Shown: positions 49,359 to 58,401 of the stretch, piece after piece
Layout of the letters: every line of letters begins with the position of its first letter
Position numbering within the stretch: position 1 is the first letter of the stretch
NCBI GenBank assembly: GCA_050306095.1
Contig: JBNLGO010000004.1
Location: forward strand, 14 to 64,013
Source: Cyclobacteriaceae bacterium
GTDB lineage: Bacteria > Bacteroidota > Bacteroidia > Cytophagales > Cyclobacteriaceae
Length of the DNA stretch: 64,000 nucleotides
Direction: 5' to 3'
The notes under the pieces: model-generated
Databases searched by the model: none
What the model was told of the DNA's origin: nothing
Seen by the model: only the letters and a program-made list of their open reading frames with translations
Translations under genes and position numbers: made by a program

Positions 49359-49404
49359 TAATTTGCCGTGCGAAGTTAAATAAAATCATTCAACAAAGAA
49401 ATTA

Positions 49405-50517
49405 ATGCATATTGAAAATCTAAAATTGGCTCAATTCAAAAATTTTAAAGAATGCTCAATTTCTTTTTCAAAAGACATTAATTGTCTGGTAGGTGAGAAT
49501 GGAAGTGGTAAGACTAACCTACTGGATGCCATCTACTATTTATCAGCTACAAAAAGTGCATTCAACTCCATTGATTACCTGAATATTCAACATGATGAAG
49601 ATTTCTTTTCCGTAATTGGTATATTCAATAATACTGATAGAAACACTACAGTTAGATGCACATTAGTGAAAAATGAAAAGAAGAAGGTTTTTCAGGATAA
49701 GCATCAAATAGAAAAAGCAAGTGAGCATGTTGGACAGTTTCCTGTAGTCTTAATTGCACCAAGCGATGGAGATTTGATACTTGGGGGGAGTGAAGTACGA
49801 AGAAAGTTTTTTGACAGCCTAATTGCTCAATTTGACCGGCAATACCTTGATCAGTTAATTTCTTATAATCATGCTTTAAAACAGCGAAATGAATTAATTA
49901 AACAGTTTGCTGAAAAAAATAAGGTAGAATATGATTTTCTGGAGCCTTTTGATGAATTGATTATTTCCTTATCAATGGCTATAAATAGTAAAAGAATCAG
50001 TTTTACTCAAGAGTTTGCCCCTATCTTATTGCGTCATTATCAAGATCTTTCAGAAAACAGGGAGACGATCAACCTGAAGTATTCTTCCTTTGTGTCAAAT
50101 GAAGATTTCGCCATCAATTTTAAAAACTCCTTAAAAAAGGATCTCGCGCTTCAGCGAACCACCATGGGGGTACATCGCGATGACTATTTATTTGAGATTG
50201 ATTCTTATCCATTAAAAAAATTTGGTTCACAAGGACAACAAAAATCATTTTTAATTGCCATAAAATTAGCGCAATTTGAGGTGCTAAAAGAGAAGAAAGG
50301 ATTCAAACCTATATTACTTCTGGATGATATTTTCGATAAGTTGGATGACCGACGGATTGAAAAACTTGTGAAAATGATCAATGACCATCAATTCGGACAA
50401 GTATTTATTACAGATGCACGGCCAGAAAGAACAATTCATTTCACCAATGACCTAGATTCTGAAGTAAAGGTAATCCAGGTAATCAAAGGAACAGTAGCAG
50501 ATTATGAGCATATATAG
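49405..50517 (+). CDS. recF: DNA replication/repair protein RecF
   Basis: 370 aa with a Walker A motif (GENGSGKTNLLDA), an SMC signature (GSQGQQKSF) and a Walker B motif (ILLLDDIFDKLD). Confidence 0.95.
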   Translation: MHIENLKLAQFKNFKECSISFSKDINCLVGENGSGKTNLLDAIYYLSATKSAFNSIDYLNIQHDEDFFSVIGIFNNTDRNTTVRCTLVKNEKKKVFQDKHQIEKASEHVGQFPVVLIAPSDGDLILGGSEVRRKFFDSLIAQFDRQYLDQLISYNHALKQRNELIKQFAEKNKVEYDFLEPFDELIISLSMAINSKRISFTQEFAPILLRHYQDLSENRETINLKYSSFVSNEDFAINFKNSLKKDLALQRTTMGVHRDDYLFEIDSYPLKKFGSQGQQKSFLIAIKLAQFEVLKEKKGFKPILLLDDIFDKLDDRRIEKLVKMINDHQFGQVFITDARPERTIHFTNDLDSEVKVIQVIKGTVADYEHI

Positions 50518-50818
50518 AAGAAAAAACGAACGAAAAGCTGAAGCAAGCCCGGTAAAAAATGTGATAGAAGACTTGCTAAAAAGCTACCGGATCAAGGATA
50601 AGTTTGATGTAAACAAGCTCATTGCAAATTGGGAACAAATCATGGGCACTGTCATCGCCAACCGCACAGATAGACTCTATGTGAAAAACAAAGTGCTCTA
50701 TGCCCAAATTAATTCTCCTTCCCTCCGTAATGAATTAAATATTGCCAAGCAAAAAGTAATGGACTTGTTACGAGAACATGTAGATGAGAATGCGGTAAAG
50801 GATGTGAAGTTTGTGTGA
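50504..50818 (+). CDS. DUF721 domain-containing protein
   Basis: 104 aa, overlapping the recF end by 14 nt, which is the conserved position of the DUF721 gene after recF. It has the W..I.G......T....... pattern. Confidence 0.7.
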   Translation: MSIYRRKNERKAEASPVKNVIEDLLKSYRIKDKFDVNKLIANWEQIMGTVIANRTDRLYVKNKVLYAQINSPSLRNELNIAKQKVMDLLREHVDENAVKDVKFV

Positions 50819-51093
50819 GGATTTAAACTACCAAAATTGAAAATAGACATTTATAATTTCAATCAATTATCTTCTAAAAAATCTACAATACATAAATATA
50901 TCCCTTATAGTAATATTGCTAAATAGTAGTGGTGCGAAAAAACAAACAAAGGAATACATAAACACTAACCTTATGCCAATTAAAGGCACATCAATGAATT
51001 AAGATTTCCTAAGTAGGTTTCAATTATACTAACCCAAATTTTCGAGCCATTTTTCAAAAATAGTTATCTTTATAAAAGGTTAAATAAATTTTT

Positions 51094-51626
51094 ATGCGCA
51101 CCTCAATAAAAGAACGTCCTCCCCGCACTTTAATGGAAGTTTTTAATAGCCTCCCAGAGGGTACTTTGGCGCAGCTTATTGAAAATAAAATCATCCTGTC
51201 ACCCGCACCAACCGAGATCCATCAGAAAGTTCTTTCGGACCTTCATTTATATTAGGTCATTTTATCAAAAAAAATGAATTGGGTGAAATAAGAATGGCTC
51301 CTTACGATGTTTTTTTTGATAAGAAAAATGCTTTCCAACCTGATATTCTTTTTTTAAGTAAAGAACGCTTAAACCTGATTAAAGGAAATGGTCTTCATGG
51401 AGCGCCTGATCTGATTATCGAAATTCTTTCCCCTTCCACTGCAAAATATGATCTGGAAGAAAAAAAAGATGTATATGAGCGATACGGTGTGAAAGAATAT
51501 TGGATTGTTGATCCATCTACTAAATCTGCTACCGGTTACTTTCTGGAAAATGGGGTTTTTATTGAGATTGGAAAGGAAACCGGAGCGATCAATTCAAGAC
51601 TATTCGATTCCGAATTTAGTTTTTGA
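51094..51626 (+). pseudogene. Uma2-family (DUF820) endonuclease gene disrupted by a 1-nt frameshift
   Basis: Frame A (51094..51255) reads MRTSIKERPPRTLMEVFNSLPEGTLAQLIENKIILSPAPTEIHQKVLSDLHLY-TAG. Frame B continues ..LGHFIKKNELGEIRMAPYDVFFDKKNAFQPDILFLS...APDLIIEILSPST...KKDVYERYGVKEYWIVDP to 51626. One missing T near 51252 would fuse the two frames. Confidence 0.75.
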
Positions 51627-51631
51627 ATCAA

Positions 51632-51865
51632 TTACTTCAACCTCCCTTTGATAGCCTTCACTCTGTTATAAAGATCAAGGTCGTGTTCTATCCAATAATC
51701 AAAGTTATTTTTTATTTGTCGATATCCATCCGGATCAATTCGGTGCAAGGTCTCATCTTCCCTTATGCCGATACACATGCTGTCATGCAACAAGAAGGTT
51801 AGCCCCTGAAACATTTTTATTTCCGGTACAATTGGTAAATGAACATATCCAATTCTATAATTCAC
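51632..51865 (-). CDS. Short TfoX/Sxy N-terminal-domain-like protein, possibly a remnant
   Basis: 77 aa with a GTG start directly after an in-frame stop. KMFQGLTFLLHDSMCIGIREDETLHRIDPDGY resembles the TfoX_N MFGG...G.M..gv......R.dp pattern with a shortened N-terminus. Confidence 0.35.
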   Translation of the reverse strand: MNYRIGYVHLPIVPEIKMFQGLTFLLHDSMCIGIREDETLHRIDPDGYRQIKNNFDYWIEHDLDLYNRVKAIKGRLK

Positions 51866-51896
51866 TCAATCGCAAAATCACCAATTCACTAAATAC

Positions 51897-54704
51897 TTAA
51901 TGCGCCTCCAACCAATTATTCCCAAAGCCTAATCCGACTTCCATTGGAACTTCCAGCTCGATGGCGGATTTCATGAATTCAGGAATTTTCTTCTCCATTA
52001 AACCCTTTTCACTATTATGGACATCAAAGACCAATTCATCATGTACCTGTAGGATCATCTTTGATTTAAGTTTTTCCTTTTTCATCCAGTTCCGAATATT
52101 GATCATTGCTACTTTAATCATATCGGCTGCACTTCCCTGGATGGGGGCATTGATGGCGTTACGCTCTGCAAAGCCTCGCATGGTCGCATTTTTAGAATTG
52201 ATATCCCGTAAATACCTTCTTCTTCCCAGGATCGTTTCCACATATTCATTTTCGCGAGCTTCATTAATTACCTTGTCCATGTACTTTTTAACTGCCGCAA
52301 ATTCGGTGAAATAAGCCTCGATAATTTCAGCAGCTTCACCCCTTGGAATATTTAACCGCTGTGAAAGTCCAAAAGCAGAAATCCCATAAATAATTCCAAA
52401 ATTAGCTGTTTTAGCCTTTCTACGCATATCACTGTCAACTTCTTCTAATGGAACTTTATAAATTTTACTGGCAGTTGTTGCATGGATATCCCGGCCATTT
52501 TTAAAAGCTTCTATCATACTTTCATCTTTCGAGAAGGCCGCCATGATACGTAATTCTATTTGTGAATAATCAGCTGCCATTAAGGTGAAATCATCCGATC
52601 GGGGAATAAAAGCTTTTCTTATTTCCCTACCTTTTTCTGTTCGGATAGGAATGTTTTGCAAATTAGGATTAGTCGAGCTCAATCGGCCCGTAGCAGCCAC
52701 AGCCTGATTGTAAGAAGTATGGATCAGCCCATCTACTTTACTTACCAATTGAGGTAATGCATCAATGTAGGTGGATTTCAATTTCTGGAATTGGCGGAAA
52801 TCGAGAATTTTTTGCGCAATCTCATGCTCGTTTGACAATTGATTTAAAATCTCTTCGCCAGTAGCGTATTGTCCTGTCTTTGTTTTCTTTGGTTTATCAA
52901 CCAATTTTAATTTATCGAAAAGCACTTCACCCAACTGTTTTGGGGAAGCAATATTAAACTGAACTCCTGCAATTTCATAGATTTCCTTTTCCACCCTTCG
53001 GCTTTCATCCTCCATTTCTTTGGAAAGATCCCCTAATGTATTGATGTCAATTTTCACTCCTTCATATTCCATTTCACCCAGAACTTTGAGTAAAGGAACT
53101 TCTACATCATAAAATAGTTTTTCCAGTTTTTTCTCTTTTACTATTGGCTCAAAAAGCTCTTTCAATTGAAATGTGATATCAGCATCCTCTCCTGCATATT
53201 CAGTGACTTTATTAACATCAGCATCTCTCATATTCCCCTGCTTTACCCCTTTTTTACCAATGAGAGTTTCAATTGATACAGGTGTGTAATTCAGGAAATT
53301 TTCGGCCATCACATCCATATTATGTCGAGAATCCGGTTCAAAAAGATAATGTGCCAACATAGTGTCAAATAATTTCCCCTTTACCTCCACCTGATAATTT
53401 TTGAGGATCATCAAATCATATTTGATGTTTTGGCCAATCTTACCAACTTCTTCATTCTCAAACACAGGTCTAAAAACATCCACTACCTTTTGAGCCTCTT
53501 TTTGATCTCCGGGAACAGGTACATAATAAGCCTCACCTTTTAAGTATGAAAAAGACATCCCCACTAATTCGGCATCCCGCGCATTGATATCCGTTGTCTC
53601 CGTATCGAAGCAAAATTCCTTTTGGGCTGACAGATGATCAACAAGGCTATGCATTAATTCTGGAGTGTCAATAAGGTGGTATTCATGAAAAGTATTTAGA
53701 ATATGCTTTTTTTCTTCAGGAACTGCCTCCTCTTCATTTGAAACTACTGTTGTCGGTGCTGCTTTGACAGAGCTACCTCCAAAAAGGGATAATTGCTCAC
53801 TCTCACCGCTTACAACTTGCCCTGTATTCCCGAATAATTTTTTTGATAGCGTTCGGAATTCCAGGTCTTCAAATATGGCTTTCAATTTTTCTTCGTCCCA
53901 GCCGTCGTATTTTAATTCGTCAGAATTAATTTTTACAGGCACATCGGTAATAATTGTTGCTAATTCCTTGGATAGAATTCCTTGCTTTCCAAAGTTCTCC
54001 ACATTTTCCCGTTGCTTGCCTTTTAACTTATCGGCATTAGCCACAATGTTTTCAACCGAACCAAATTCATTTAATAATTTAACTGCTGTCTTGGCTCCAA
54101 CACCGGGAATTCCAGGAATATTATCAGAAGCATCGCCTTGCAAACCAAGTACATCACGCACCTGATCTACTTTCGCTATGTCAAATTTTTTCAATACTTC
54201 ATCAATTCCCAATACATCTACCGCATTACCCATATAAGCGGGTTTATAAAGCAGAATATTTTCTTCTACTAACTGGGCATAATCCTTATCGGGCGTCATC
54301 ATATACACCTTAAATCCCTCTTTAACTTCCTGTTTTGCCAACGTACCTATGATGTCATCCGCTTCAAAACCTTGCATCTCAATCACTGGAATGTTAAATG
54401 CCCGTACAATGTCTTTTACAATGGGGATAGCAATTTTGAGATCTTCAGGAGCTTCCTCTCTTTGGGCCTTGTATTCTGGAAACATTTCATGCCGAAAAGT
54501 GGGCCCGGGCATATCAAATGCTACTCCTATGTGAGAAGGTTTTTCTTTGTTGATTATTTCAAGCAGGGAGTTGGTAAATCCCAACATCACTCCGGTGTTG
54601 ATACCTTTACTATTAATTCGTGGATTTTTACTGAAAGCAAAATGCGCCCTGAAAATAAGGGCCATTGCATCCAGTAGAAAGAGTTTTTTTTCTGCGTCAG
54701 CCAT
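51897..54704 (-). CDS. polA: DNA polymerase I
   Basis: 935 aa with a 5'-3' exonuclease N-terminus (LLDAMALIFRAHFA, GDASDNIPGIPGVG) and a 3'-5' exonuclease domain (FDTETT). Pol A motifs are DYSQIELRI, RRKAKTANFGIIYG and QVHDE. Confidence 0.97.
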   Translation of the reverse strand: MADAEKKLFLLDAMALIFRAHFAFSKNPRINSKGINTGVMLGFTNSLLEIINKEKPSHIGVAFDMPGPTFRHEMFPEYKAQREEAPEDLKIAIPIVKDIVRAFNIPVIEMQGFEADDIIGTLAKQEVKEGFKVYMMTPDKDYAQLVEENILLYKPAYMGNAVDVLGIDEVLKKFDIAKVDQVRDVLGLQGDASDNIPGIPGVGAKTAVKLLNEFGSVENIVANADKLKGKQRENVENFGKQGILSKELATIITDVPVKINSDELKYDGWDEEKLKAIFEDLEFRTLSKKLFGNTGQVVSGESEQLSLFGGSSVKAAPTTVVSNEEEAVPEEKKHILNTFHEYHLIDTPELMHSLVDHLSAQKEFCFDTETTDINARDAELVGMSFSYLKGEAYYVPVPGDQKEAQKVVDVFRPVFENEEVGKIGQNIKYDLMILKNYQVEVKGKLFDTMLAHYLFEPDSRHNMDVMAENFLNYTPVSIETLIGKKGVKQGNMRDADVNKVTEYAGEDADITFQLKELFEPIVKEKKLEKLFYDVEVPLLKVLGEMEYEGVKIDINTLGDLSKEMEDESRRVEKEIYEIAGVQFNIASPKQLGEVLFDKLKLVDKPKKTKTGQYATGEEILNQLSNEHEIAQKILDFRQFQKLKSTYIDALPQLVSKVDGLIHTSYNQAVAATGRLSSTNPNLQNIPIRTEKGREIRKAFIPRSDDFTLMAADYSQIELRIMAAFSKDESMIEAFKNGRDIHATTASKIYKVPLEEVDSDMRRKAKTANFGIIYGISAFGLSQRLNIPRGEAAEIIEAYFTEFAAVKKYMDKVINEARENEYVETILGRRRYLRDINSKNATMRGFAERNAINAPIQGSAADMIKVAMINIRNWMKKEKLKSKMILQVHDELVFDVHNSEKGLMEKKIPEFMKSAIELEVPMEVGLGFGNNWLEAH

Positions 54705-54788
54705 TAACTTTTAATTCTAAGAATTTTAAAGGTAAAAGCGCACAGGTTTCTTTCCAAACAGAATCTGTTTTTACAAGCTTTTATTTTT

Positions 54789-56414
54789 TTATTCTAAAAA
54801 CGGATATTGGTAATCTGTTGGTGGCACAAAATTCTCCTTGATATTTCTGGGAGACACCCATCGCAATAGATTCAACTTGGAGCCAGCTTTATCATTAGTG
54901 CCGGAACCTCGCGAACCACCAAATGGCTGTTGTCCAACTACCGCTCCTGTAGGCTTATCATTGATGTAAAAATTTCCTGCCGCATTAACCAGTTTCTTTG
55001 TCGCTAATTCGATGGCATATCTATCCTGTGAAAATATGGCGCCAGTTAAAGCGTAAACAGAAGTATTATCTACCAAATAAATGGCTTCCTCAAAGCGCTC
55101 AGCCTGGTAAACATAGATCGTTAAAACAGGTCCAAATATCTCCTCACACATGGTAGTATAATTAGGATCCTTCGCCAACAGAACTGTTGGCTCTATAAAA
55201 TACCCTTTGCTTTTATCATAATTACCCCCTGCTATTACCTCTACTAACTTACTTTTCTTAGCCTCATCTATGTATTTGGTGATTTTATCAAAAGCCCGCT
55301 CATCAATTACAGCGTTAATAAAGTTTCCAAAATCTTCTACCCCACCCATTTTCATACTCTTTAGATCAGATAACAGATGATCTTTGACTTCATCCCAGAT
55401 ATTATCAGGAATATAGGCACGGCTAGCCGCTGAGCATTTTTGTCCCTGGTATTCGAATGCGCCTCTCGATAATGCAGTAGCTACTTGTTTAGGCATAGCA
55501 GATTTATGTGCCAACACAAAATCTTTACCGCCTGTTTCACCTACTATTCTCGGATAGGTTTTGTAGGTTGAAATATTTGTACCAATTGTTTTCCAGAGCT
55601 GTTGAAATACTCCGGTACTACCTGTAAAGTGCAACCCCGCAAAATCCGGATGATTAAAAACTACTTCACCAGCATCAGGGCCATCCACAAAAATTAAATT
55701 GATTACTCCATCCGGAACACCAGCTTCACGGAAGACTTCCATTAATACATGGGCAGAATATATCTGCGTCAACGCTGGCTTCCACACTACTACATTGCCC
55801 ATCATTGCTGGAGCAGCAGGTAGGTTTCCTGCGATAGCAGTGAAATTGAAAGGAGTGATGGCAAATACAAATCCTTCCAGCGGGCGGTGCTCCAATCGAT
55901 TCCAAATACCGGCCGAAGACTGTGGTTGCTCAGCATAAATCTCCGTCATGAATTGCACATTAAACCTGAGAAAATCTATAATCTCACAAGCCGAATCTAT
56001 TTCTGCCTGAAAAGCATTTTTCGATTGCCCCAACATGGTAGCGGCATTGATTTTCGCCCGATAAGGACCCGCTATTAAATCGGCTGCTTTCAAAAAAATA
56101 CTTGCCCGATGTTCCCATGACATATTTGCCCAATCTTCTTTTACATTGAGCGCAGCTTTCACTGCCAATTGCACATGGATTTGGTCACCAAAATGGTAAT
56201 GACCAAGCAGAAGCTGATGATCATGCGGAGGGTTTATTGGTTTTAAGTCACCAGTTCGTACTTCCTCTCCCCCAATGAACATAGGAATGTCAACTTGTTT
56301 TGATCTTGCATCCTGAAGCGCTGATTGTAATCTCTCCCTTTCAGGAGTATTTCTTGCATAACTTAATACGGGTTCATTGATAGGTGGAGGAACATTAAAA
56401 AAACCTGTGGCCAT
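54789..56414 (-). CDS. pruA: L-glutamate gamma-semialdehyde (1-pyrroline-5-carboxylate) dehydrogenase
   Basis: 541 aa of the aldehyde dehydrogenase family with ETGGKD and GQKCSAASR (catalytic Cys). The size and termini are typical of PruA. Confidence 0.9.
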   Translation of the reverse strand: MATGFFNVPPPINEPVLSYARNTPERERLQSALQDARSKQVDIPMFIGGEEVRTGDLKPINPPHDHQLLLGHYHFGDQIHVQLAVKAALNVKEDWANMSWEHRASIFLKAADLIAGPYRAKINAATMLGQSKNAFQAEIDSACEIIDFLRFNVQFMTEIYAEQPQSSAGIWNRLEHRPLEGFVFAITPFNFTAIAGNLPAAPAMMGNVVVWKPALTQIYSAHVLMEVFREAGVPDGVINLIFVDGPDAGEVVFNHPDFAGLHFTGSTGVFQQLWKTIGTNISTYKTYPRIVGETGGKDFVLAHKSAMPKQVATALSRGAFEYQGQKCSAASRAYIPDNIWDEVKDHLLSDLKSMKMGGVEDFGNFINAVIDERAFDKITKYIDEAKKSKLVEVIAGGNYDKSKGYFIEPTVLLAKDPNYTTMCEEIFGPVLTIYVYQAERFEEAIYLVDNTSVYALTGAIFSQDRYAIELATKKLVNAAGNFYINDKPTGAVVGQQPFGGSRGSGTNDKAGSKLNLLRWVSPRNIKENFVPPTDYQYPFLE

Positions 56415-56517
56415 AGCTTTAACTTTATTTTGTGTTTAAATATGTAAAGAAAACTCAGGTTCTGGTGGTTTGAGGAATTCGTTGAAAAGTTAAGAATACA
56501 CAATTGAATAACCAATT

Positions 56518-57210
56518 TTAAAGGATACTCATTATCTGTGATAATGAAGATATTTGATAGGTGGGTCTAAAACTGATTTCTTCCTCTTTAAAGTTGCAAT
56601 AAACCTGATCCATACCAACTTCACTTGCTCCTATGACGTCCGCCTCCAGGTCATTACCTATCATAATGGAATTCTTATTATTCGCGCCTGATTGTTGAAA
56701 GGAATATTGAAATATCCGGGGATTAGGTTTTTTGGCACCTGATATTTCGGAAGTAAAAATGTTTTTGAAATATTTTTCCAATCGGGATGACTGAACTTTA
56801 ATGTGAGCTATTTCTTCAAAACCATTCGTTATCACATGAAGCTGGTATTTTGGAAACAAATATTCGAGCAACTCAATAGTCCCATCTACTAATTGTGAAT
56901 TATAGGGGCAACTTTTTAAATAATCATGACCAAATTTAGTGATGGTACTTTCGTCCTCATATCCCAATTCATTAAAGATCATTTTAAAACGCTTAGTTCG
57001 CAGAAACTCCTTATCAATTCTGCCAAAACTATATTGCTTCCACAATCTTTCATTGATGGTGTGAAAGGTGCTTAGAAATGGTTTTAACTGTATTTGAAAT
57101 TCAGAAAGCCGATATTTTTCAAATAAATGTGAAAGGGTTTCTGTTGAATTTTTTTGAAAGTCCCACAGTGTATCATCCAGATCAAAAAAGATATGTTGGT
57201 ATTGTTTCAA
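56518..57210 (-). CDS. HAD-family hydrolase, YjjG-like noncanonical pyrimidine nucleotidase
   Basis: Contains the HAD motif I (IFFDLDDTLWDF), ITNG, KKPNPRIF and GNDLEADV. I placed the start at the in-frame TTG 57210 (MKQYQHIFFDLDD), 4 nt after the ArsR stop. The track ATG at 57297 would overlap the ArsR gene by 83 nt. Confidence 0.8.
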   Translation of the reverse strand: MKQYQHIFFDLDDTLWDFQKNSTETLSHLFEKYRLSEFQIQLKPFLSTFHTINERLWKQYSFGRIDKEFLRTKRFKMIFNELGYEDESTITKFGHDYLKSCPYNSQLVDGTIELLEYLFPKYQLHVITNGFEEIAHIKVQSSRLEKYFKNIFTSEISGAKKPNPRIFQYSFQQSGANNKNSIMIGNDLEADVIGASEVGMDQVYCNFKEEEISFRPTYQISSLSQIMSIL

Positions 57211-57214
57211 TGTT

Positions 57215-57598
57215 TTATGCCATGTATTTTCTTGACTGTATTTTATAAGCCGCGAGTTCTCTGTTGGAATACATGATTTCATAGCTCTCAAGGTCATTGA
57301 CCAGAACAGGATCTTTTTTTACGAAACTGAGCACTTGACTTATGAAATCATACGCTTCCTCACGAATGCTATAAAATACCCATTGATTTTCCTTTCTGAT
57401 ATTTACAATGCCTGAATTTTTCAAATAAATGAGATGGCGGGATGTTTTAGTTTGTGTGAAATCCAAAATCTGCTCTAAATCAGTAATACACATTTCTTTT
57501 TTTTCTATCAATAGATTCAAAATGCGCACGCGTGCTTCATCTGACAATGCTTTAAATACAGGCATCCCAAAAGCCAAACTAAAACTTTTAAGTCTCAT
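57215..57598 (-). CDS. ArsR/SmtB-family transcriptional regulator
   Basis: 127 aa with FKALSDEARVRILNLL...MCITDLEQILDFTQTKTSRHLIYLKNSGIV, a winged helix-turn-helix of the ArsR type. Confidence 0.8.
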   Translation of the reverse strand: MRLKSFSLAFGMPVFKALSDEARVRILNLLIEKKEMCITDLEQILDFTQTKTSRHLIYLKNSGIVNIRKENQWVFYSIREEAYDFISQVLSFVKKDPVLVNDLESYEIMYSNRELAAYKIQSRKYMA

Positions 57599-57635
57599 AT
57601 TTGTTAGAATTTAAAAGTGCATAAATGCCGAAATC

Positions 57636-57671
57636 CTTCATTTAAGTTAAATAATGTTAAATCAAATGAAG
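57636..57671. promoter_or_regulatory. Candidate operator (36-nt imperfect palindrome) upstream of the ArsR-family gene
   Basis: CTTCATTTaAgTTAA..TTAAaTcAAATGAAG pairs at 13 of 18 positions, with perfect outer 8-mers. It lies 38-73 nt upstream of the regulator's ATG. Confidence 0.3.
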
Positions 57672-57762
57672 TGTTTCATTGGGGGTTCAATTTATTAAAT
57701 AAGATGCATTAAATTGCCCGCAGTTTATAATTCATGTATATTTACTTTTATTTTTTAGTGTA

Positions 57763-58401
57763 GTGGGAAGAAAAATAACAATAGCAGTCGGATTAATTAT
57801 CGCTCTATTTCTAGTGACGAGCAACTATGTGCATGCACAGGATAGCAGAGCCGTAATTCAATTTAGCGGTGTGGTGGTCGAGATGGACAGCACACAGGGG
57901 ATTCCCGGCGTACACGTGTATGTGCCAGGACAGCGAAGAGGAACCTCTGCTAATTTTTATGGCTATTTCTCATTTCCCGTGCTTGAAGGTGATACGGTAA
58001 TTTTTAGCTCTGTTGGATACCAGAAAAAGACTGTACGCATTCCATATGGAAATGAAGATGATAAATTTACAGTTATCATTCCTTTAAAGTCTGATACTAT
58101 TGTTCTGGATGAAGCTACGGTAATGCCATATCCTACCGAGGAACTTTTTAAAGAAGCGGTGCTTGCCATGCGGCCAATGCAGGACGACAATTATGTCTCT
58201 ATGCGAAACAATATAGATCCGATGATCCTGGCACAGATGTATAGGGAGCTACCCAATGATGGAAGCATGAATTACACCTACTTCACAAATCAGAATTACA
58301 CCTACATGTTTGATGGATATAGCGCCCGTACAAATCAACTGTTAAATCCTTTTGCCTGGGCTAACTTCTTTAAATCCCTTAAAAAGAATAAAAAGAAATA
58401 A
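57763..58401 (+). CDS. Carboxypeptidase-regulatory-like domain protein, secreted
   Basis: 212 aa with a GTG start and a signal peptide (..LVTSNYVHAQD). The CarboxypepD_reg-like segment is FSGVVVEMDSTQGIPGVHVYV...GYFSFPVLEGDTVIFSSVGYQ. Confidence 0.6.
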   Translation: MGRKITIAVGLIIALFLVTSNYVHAQDSRAVIQFSGVVVEMDSTQGIPGVHVYVPGQRRGTSANFYGYFSFPVLEGDTVIFSSVGYQKKTVRIPYGNEDDKFTVIIPLKSDTIVLDEATVMPYPTEELFKEAVLAMRPMQDDNYVSMRNNIDPMILAQMYRELPNDGSMNYTYFTNQNYTYMFDGYSARTNQLLNPFAWANFFKSLKKNKKK

